A stretch of 60,083 bases of DNA from an uncultured Candidatus Saccharibacteria bacterium. Lineage in GTDB: Bacteria; Patescibacteriota; Dojkabacteria; B142; JAFGMG01. Position numbers and translations under genes: made by a program. Shown here piece after piece: positions 55,494-60,083 of this stretch. Position 1 is the stretch's first letter. The number at the start of each line of letters is the position of its first letter. The stretch covers positions 1 through 60,083 of the forward strand of contig CAYMJM010000004.1 of assembly GCA_964391325.1 (NCBI GenBank). The letters run 5' to 3'. The notes beneath the pieces are model-generated. The model searched no databases. It was not told the origin of the DNA and saw nothing but the letters and a program-made list of their open reading frames with translations.

Positions 55494-57323
55494 TCAATAA
55501 AGCCAGCTAAGGAAGTCGTGGATAATCGGAATAGATTGGTAACCCCTGCCCCCTTCCTGAAGGTGAACAACAAAACTGTAATTAACTCCTTGATATTCAA
55601 AGCCTCCTATTGCCCAAGAATGTGCACCCTCAACCTTTTTGCCATCTCTGTATTCAATGGCGTCAGCCGAACCTGTTTTGGCAATAGGATTTCCTGACAT
55701 ACCTTTTAGCAACCAAGCACTCCCCATCTCTCCATTTACTGCATACTTCATACCTTCTCTTATAGTAGCAAAATGACTAGGATCAACTTCAACATTCCGT
55801 ACAACTTTTCGTTGAATTTTTTCTACCACCTCACCTGACTGATTCTCCACTCTGTCAACCAAAGCAGGTTGATAAATTTTTCCATTATTTGATATAGCAC
55901 TAGCAACAGTAACCATCTGAATTGGAGTAGATGTTACCAAGCCTTGTCCAATTACGGTATTACAAATATCTGCCAAATACCAAGGTTCACCTAATCTCGA
56001 TTGTTTTAGCTCTGGAGATGCCATTGTGCCAGCCTGTTCTCCTGGCAAATCAATACCTGTCTTAAACCCAATACCAAACTGATCTGTATACTTTTTTAAC
56101 GTCCTAATTCCCTCAGCTTTTTCTGTCATTGCTAAACCTGTTCTACAGAAAAACACATTACTTGACTTCCCTATCCCCTCAATTACAGTCATTTTGCCTA
56201 AATAACGATTATCTGCTTCACATAACTTGTACAAAGGCAGCTCTACACATCCAGAATCAAAGACCGTATTTGACGTAATTACTGCTTCTTGTAAGGCAGC
56301 AGCAGCAACCATAGGTTTGAAGGTAGAGCCAGTTGGTAACTGCAATGCGATAGCCCTGTTCACCAAAGGCGTCGATAAGTCAGTATTTAACTTTGAAAAG
56401 TCAGTTGAGCTTATTCCTTTGGCAAATAGATTATTATCATAGCTAGGGTAACTTACCATGGCTTTAATACTACCCGTATCACTTTCCATAATAATAGCTG
56501 CCCCGCCAAAAGCCTCCGCTTCCTCAGTTCTTGCTTTGAGTAGCGCATGCAGCTTCATCTGCCAATCTACGTCTAAAGTCAGTACTAAGTTATTACCCTT
56601 TACTGGGGTCTCAGATAGGTATTCTTCTTTCTCCCTTTTTAAAATATTTAGAGTCTGCAATTTGTGACCATCCCTGCCACGGAGTTGGGTATCATAAATC
56701 TTCTCGAGACCTTCTTTTCCGATATTGGCATTTGGATCTAAGCCAGTTTCATTGACTTCTGCCTCATTGATATCAGAAACATAGCCCAAAATGTGAGCAA
56801 AATTTTCAGTGTATGGATAACTGCGTCGGGTATCAACTTGCGCATACACTCCTTGCAACATCTCCTGATTAACTAGGATATCGAGATATTGGGCATCAGT
56901 AATATCATTGGAAATAGTAATTTTACCTCCCTCATATTCTCCTTCTTCTAATTTACTCCTATACGTTTTTTCAAGTTCCATAGTATCAACTCCCAGTATC
57001 TTTGAGAGCTTTGAGAGACTTACCTCCCAACCGCTGGTATCAAATTCTTCGGGCTTAATATAAACAGTATAAGTTGGAATATTTTTTGCTAATATATTTT
57101 TATTTGCATCATAAATTATCCCTCTTGAAGCCCGGACAATTTCTACAGACTGACTAATATTCTTCGCCTTAATCAGATTTTCTTCCCCATTTACAATTTG
57201 CAAATCAAATAGATTTATTAAAAGAAATACGAAGACCAATACGACAAAAAATGCCATAAAAATAGAGCGCCATTTCATATTCACTTCTTTCCTTAATTGT
57301 TCGGTTTGAATGACGAAGTTCAC
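55494..57323 (-). CDS. mrdA: Penicillin-binding protein 2 (class B transpeptidase)
   Basis: TM, ASRGIIYD, RSYPY, GKEGLEK, GSTFK (SxxK), KSSN (SxN), KTG; alternative start ATG 57278. Confidence 0.96.
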   Translation of the reverse strand: MNFVIQTEQLRKEVNMKWRSIFMAFFVVLVFVFLLINLFDLQIVNGEENLIKAKNISQSVEIVRASRGIIYDANKNILAKNIPTYTVYIKPEEFDTSGWEVSLSKLSKILGVDTMELEKTYRSKLEEGEYEGGKITISNDITDAQYLDILVNQEMLQGVYAQVDTRRSYPYTENFAHILGYVSDINEAEVNETGLDPNANIGKEGLEKIYDTQLRGRDGHKLQTLNILKREKEEYLSETPVKGNNLVLTLDVDWQMKLHALLKARTEEAEAFGGAAIIMESDTGSIKAMVSYPSYDNNLFAKGISSTDFSKLNTDLSTPLVNRAIALQLPTGSTFKPMVAAAALQEAVITSNTVFDSGCVELPLYKLCEADNRYLGKMTVIEGIGKSSNVFFCRTGLAMTEKAEGIRTLKKYTDQFGIGFKTGIDLPGEQAGTMASPELKQSRLGEPWYLADICNTVIGQGLVTSTPIQMVTVASAISNNGKIYQPALVDRVENQSGEVVEKIQRKVVRNVEVDPSHFATIREGMKYAVNGEMGSAWLLKGMSGNPIAKTGSADAIEYRDGKKVEGAHSWAIGGFEYQGVNYSFVVHLQEGGRGYQSIPIIHDFLSWLY

Positions 57324-57329
57324 TATTTG

Positions 57330-57800
57330 CTAAATAACTATAACTTCTTTTTTTATAAATTTTTTTGAAAAAGCAAGAAACGGAATACCAATGATTAAGC
57401 TATATAAAGTTGAAACCAGTAATAGTTTTATCTCTCCCTCTCTCCCGGTAATAATCGAGAGACTATATATTATAGATTGAGTCAAAACAAGATATAAACC
57501 CATACTAATATAGTTTCGTGGGGTATTCAAAACTTCAAAAAATTTATTAATTAAAGTCAAACATGCTACTCCTGCAACATTTGCGAACAAATATGTTCCC
57601 AACCATTGAACCAAAATTAAATCAGAAATAATACTGAAAACTAACAGCCAGATAAAATAAAATTTCAAGCTGTCCGACAATATAAAGACCACCCCCGCTA
57701 CAATGGCAAATAGATTGATCGCATACAGGTCAGTATGTCCTAAAATAGATTGCAGAAGTAGCAAGATAATTGTATAAACGATAACTAAATTAGTCTTCAC
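57330..57800 (-). CDS. mreD: MreD-like membrane protein
   Basis: 156 aa, about 5 TM helices, syntenic between mreC and mrdA. Confidence 0.7.
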   Translation of the reverse strand: MKTNLVIVYTIILLLLQSILGHTDLYAINLFAIVAGVVFILSDSLKFYFIWLLVFSIISDLILVQWLGTYLFANVAGVACLTLINKFFEVLNTPRNYISMGLYLVLTQSIIYSLSIITGREGEIKLLLVSTLYSLIIGIPFLAFSKKFIKKEVIVI

Positions 57801-58593
57801 GATGTATTACATAAACTTGAGAAAGTTTGTTAATAACTAACTCATTTTTTAATATTAAACTCTTTGTAGGGTCAGCAGCACTCGAATCTATCTCTATAAC
57901 TTCTCCCACAAATAACCCTGAGGGAAAGTTGCTGTTTAAGCCTAGAGTATAGTACATATCGCCGACATTTACCTCTGCGTCATTAAGCACCCTATCAACC
58001 TCCAGCTCATTGCCGTTGCGCGACACCAAAATACCTCTAGCATCTGTTAAGTTGGATACAGCCACTTTACTTTCAGAAGAATATATTGTCCTTGCCCTGC
58101 TACTATATGGATATACCTCCACAACCTCAGCAACGGCATAGTTTTTATAAACAATAACGTCCCCTATCGCTATTCCTTCCTCGCCGCCTTTATTTATATA
58201 TAGAATACCAGACGCATAAAAGTCAAACCTAATGATTTTTGCAGGAATATAACGATATTCTGGATCAAAATTAGTGCTAATTTGTTCTTGACCCATTTTA
58301 TAATTCTGTAAGTCTTTTTGCTGCTGTATAAGCTGCTCTCGTAAAGTTACAATCTCTTCCCGATACATATCTCTTTGGTCCCTAAGACTCGTTAACTCAT
58401 CTATGATGTCAAACTGATGGGAAACTTTCTGGAAAAAATCGTTTATTTTCAATCGATAGCTGGACTGAAGGTGCTCGCTAACTGATAAAGCTAGATCAAA
58501 AACTCCAATACTTGAAGCTAACAGCAGTCCGATAGAAATCGCTAGCAAAATCAATAGCTGTGGGAAATTCACTCTTTTATATTGATCGGGCAT
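57790..58593 (-). CDS. mreC: Rod shape-determining protein MreC
   Basis: TM, coiled coil, AKII, INKGGEEGIAIGD, SRARTI, YTLG..FPSGLFVG. Confidence 0.93.
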   Translation of the reverse strand: MPDQYKRVNFPQLLILLAISIGLLLASSIGVFDLALSVSEHLQSSYRLKINDFFQKVSHQFDIIDELTSLRDQRDMYREEIVTLREQLIQQQKDLQNYKMGQEQISTNFDPEYRYIPAKIIRFDFYASGILYINKGGEEGIAIGDVIVYKNYAVAEVVEVYPYSSRARTIYSSESKVAVSNLTDARGILVSRNGNELEVDRVLNDAEVNVGDMYYTLGLNSNFPSGLFVGEVIEIDSSAADPTKSLILKNELVINKLSQVYVIHRED

Positions 58594-58603
58594 GTGACGT
58601 AAC

Positions 58604-59662
58604 TTAAATGTTATCTTCTCCAGTTATTTGAATTTTTTCAAGTAAATCTATCTCCGAAAGTAATATATTTGTCCCCCTGGCAACAGCACTCATAGGATCT
58701 TCTCCAATTATGACTGGAGTTTTTAATTTATCTTCAAAATATTTATCAATACCTTCTAACATTGCCCCGCCTCCAACCAATATTATCCCTCTTTCTAATA
58801 AGTCAGATAAAATTTCAGGAGGGCTTTGTTCCAGTGCCTCTCGAGTTGCTTCTGCTATTTTATCTAGAACTTTAACAATAGCTTCCCTTATTTCTATGCT
58901 TGAAATGGTAATAACCTTAGGAAGCCCTGAAATCAAGTCCCGTCCTTTCATCTGCGCCTCCAGCTCCTTTTTCATAGGAGAAGCTGAACCTATGGCTATT
59001 TTTATATCCTCCGCCATTTTATCCCCTACAACAATATTGTATTTATGCCGTGCGTAATTTACGATTTCCTGATCGATTTCATCTCCTGCTATTCTTACAG
59101 TATTATCTACAACAATTCCTCCAAGAGAAATAATTGCTATATCCGTTGTACCTCCACCAATATCAATGATCATGGAACCTGCTGCATCTTCTATCGGGAT
59201 CCTAGATCCGATAGCAGCAGCCATAGGTTCTTCGATAATATATGCCTTCCTTGCGCCTGCTGAAAGTGCTGCATCCATAACTGCTCTCCCTTCTACCTCG
59301 GTAATTTTGGAAGGGACGCCTATCACCACACGAGGTCTATGAACCGAGATCACTTTTGGGAAATCTTTATACACCTTTTTAATAAAATACCTTATCATTG
59401 CTTCCGTACTATCGAAATCTGAAATCACTCCATCCCTTAGAGGTCTGACTGCAACAATATTAGCAGGAGTTCTACCAATCATACGTCTGGCCTCAGAGCC
59501 CACTGCCATAACTTGTTTTGTGTTTTTGTTCACAGCAACCACAGAGGGCTCGGAGATTACTATCCCGTGATCTTGAATGGCAACCATTGTGTTAGCTGTA
59601 CCTAAATCTATACCAATATCATGAGTTAGAAGGTTCCAGAGATTATCTGTAACGCTGACCAT
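58604..59662 (-). CDS. mreB: Rod shape-determining protein MreB
   Basis: IGIDLGTANT, EPSVVA, RPLRDGVI, EEPMAAAIG, IDIGGGTT, GGGAML. Confidence 0.99.
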   Translation of the reverse strand: MVSVTDNLWNLLTHDIGIDLGTANTMVAIQDHGIVISEPSVVAVNKNTKQVMAVGSEARRMIGRTPANIVAVRPLRDGVISDFDSTEAMIRYFIKKVYKDFPKVISVHRPRVVIGVPSKITEVEGRAVMDAALSAGARKAYIIEEPMAAAIGSRIPIEDAAGSMIIDIGGGTTDIAIISLGGIVVDNTVRIAGDEIDQEIVNYARHKYNIVVGDKMAEDIKIAIGSASPMKKELEAQMKGRDLISGLPKVITISSIEIREAIVKVLDKIAEATREALEQSPPEILSDLLERGIILVGGGAMLEGIDKYFEDKLKTPVIIGEDPMSAVARGTNILLSEIDLLEKIQITGEDNI

Positions 59663-59713
59663 AACTGTGAAGCTAAAGCTTAAAAATTTTAATTAGGGAA
59701 CAAATCTAGGCTA

Positions 59714-59722
59714 ATTGTATCA
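59714..59722 (-). promoter_or_regulatory. Extended -10 promoter (TGATACAAT) of mreBCD
   Basis: TGn-TACAAT immediately after the rpmB stop. Confidence 0.45.
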
Positions 59723-60001
59723 CTAATTATTTATAACATGGAAGTTAGCGAGAGTATATATTTCATTCAATCTCCCATCCTGCTGTCTAGCTTTTTTATA
59801 CGCTTTCATTGAAACTCGGATGGTTTGTGAACGCCCTTGGTTATCTACCACCTTAACTTTTCGTAAATTTACCTCTTGTTTTTTACTTTTCGCTGTTGCC
59901 TTTTTTGACCACGCGCCAGATACACCTCCAGCACTACCTCTGCGGTGCCTTCTTGTCTTTCCAAAATTTGCACTTTTGTTTGTAATATCACACTTTCTCA
60001 T
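59723..60001 (-). CDS. rpmB: 50S ribosomal protein bL28
   Basis: MRKCDITNK..FG..R..HRRG..KQEVNLRKV..IRVSMKAYK. Confidence 0.9.
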   Translation of the reverse strand: MRKCDITNKSANFGKTRRHRRGSAGGVSGAWSKKATAKSKKQEVNLRKVKVVDNQGRSQTIRVSMKAYKKARQQDGRLNEIYTLANFHVINN

Positions 60002-60066
60002 TTCAATAAGGATAATACTATATTTTTAAATAACAATCAATAATTTAAACCCTATACGCCCTAAAA

Positions 60067-60083
60067 AGCTGAAGATGGGAGTC
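60067..60083 (-). tRNA. 3' end of a tRNA truncated by the window edge (probably tRNA-Thr)
   Basis: Minus strand reads GACT-CCCAT-CTTCAGC-T, matching T-loop end, T-stem, 7-nt acceptor 3' strand and U73. The implied G1-C72/C2-G71/U3-A70 stem is Thr-like; the anticodon is outside the window. Confidence 0.5.

Noticed and set aside
441-60029. Dozens of 60-150 aa ORFs in the six-frame track (e.g. 441-725, 2396-2671, 25209-25688, 32829-33296, 36797-37102)
   Set aside because: They lie antisense to or inside well-supported genes and have no motifs; they are shadow ORFs.
1-60083. CRISPR array, IS/transposase, toxin-antitoxin or defence genes
   Set aside because: No regularly spaced nucleotide repeats or recognisable motifs; intergenic spaces are all short (up to ~200 bp).
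1-60083. UGA recoding (code 25 as in Gracilibacteria/Absconditabacteria)
   Set aside because: Conserved genes, including a 2664-aa ORF, are full length under code 11, and TGA serves as a stop (e.g. 5531-5533, 9734-9736).

Overview
This is a 60 kb AT-rich chromosomal segment of a genome-reduced bacterium. Gene content and protein styles point to Patescibacteria/CPR, plausibly a Dojkabacteria- or Microgenomates-like lineage, but that is inference with no marker search. Standard genetic code; 45 of about 52 genes lie on the minus strand. Housekeeping genes dominate: yebC, rluA, lspA, dnaB, rpmE2, prfA-prmC, rpsF-ssb-rpsR, ychF, cca, recR-ybaB-dnaX, rpsU, rpsB-tsf-frr-rseP, dprA-topA and rpmB-mreBCD-mrdA. 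There is a tRNA-Leu(CAA) and probably the 3' end of a second tRNA at the right edge. Surface-protein loci are a >=659-aa secreted repeat protein running off the left edge (missed by the ORF track), a dockerin-cohesin gene pair, a 2664-aa tail-fibre-like adhesin with two paralogous small membrane proteins, and a four-LamG protein. An AMP phosphorylase and ribose-1,5-bisphosphate isomerase sit behind a beta-CASP nuclease; no RuBisCO is in the window. The most notable hidden signals are: (i) a 9-nt perfect Shine-Dalgarno only in front of rpsU in an otherwise SD-poor region, suggesting bS21 autoregulation like that of Bacteroidia; (ii) a t44/S2-leader-like RNA; (iii) uS2 fused to an alphaCTD/HhH-like domain; (iv) apparently catalytically dead Lgt and LCP homologues. 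No CRISPR array, integrase, transposase or reverse transcriptase was found.
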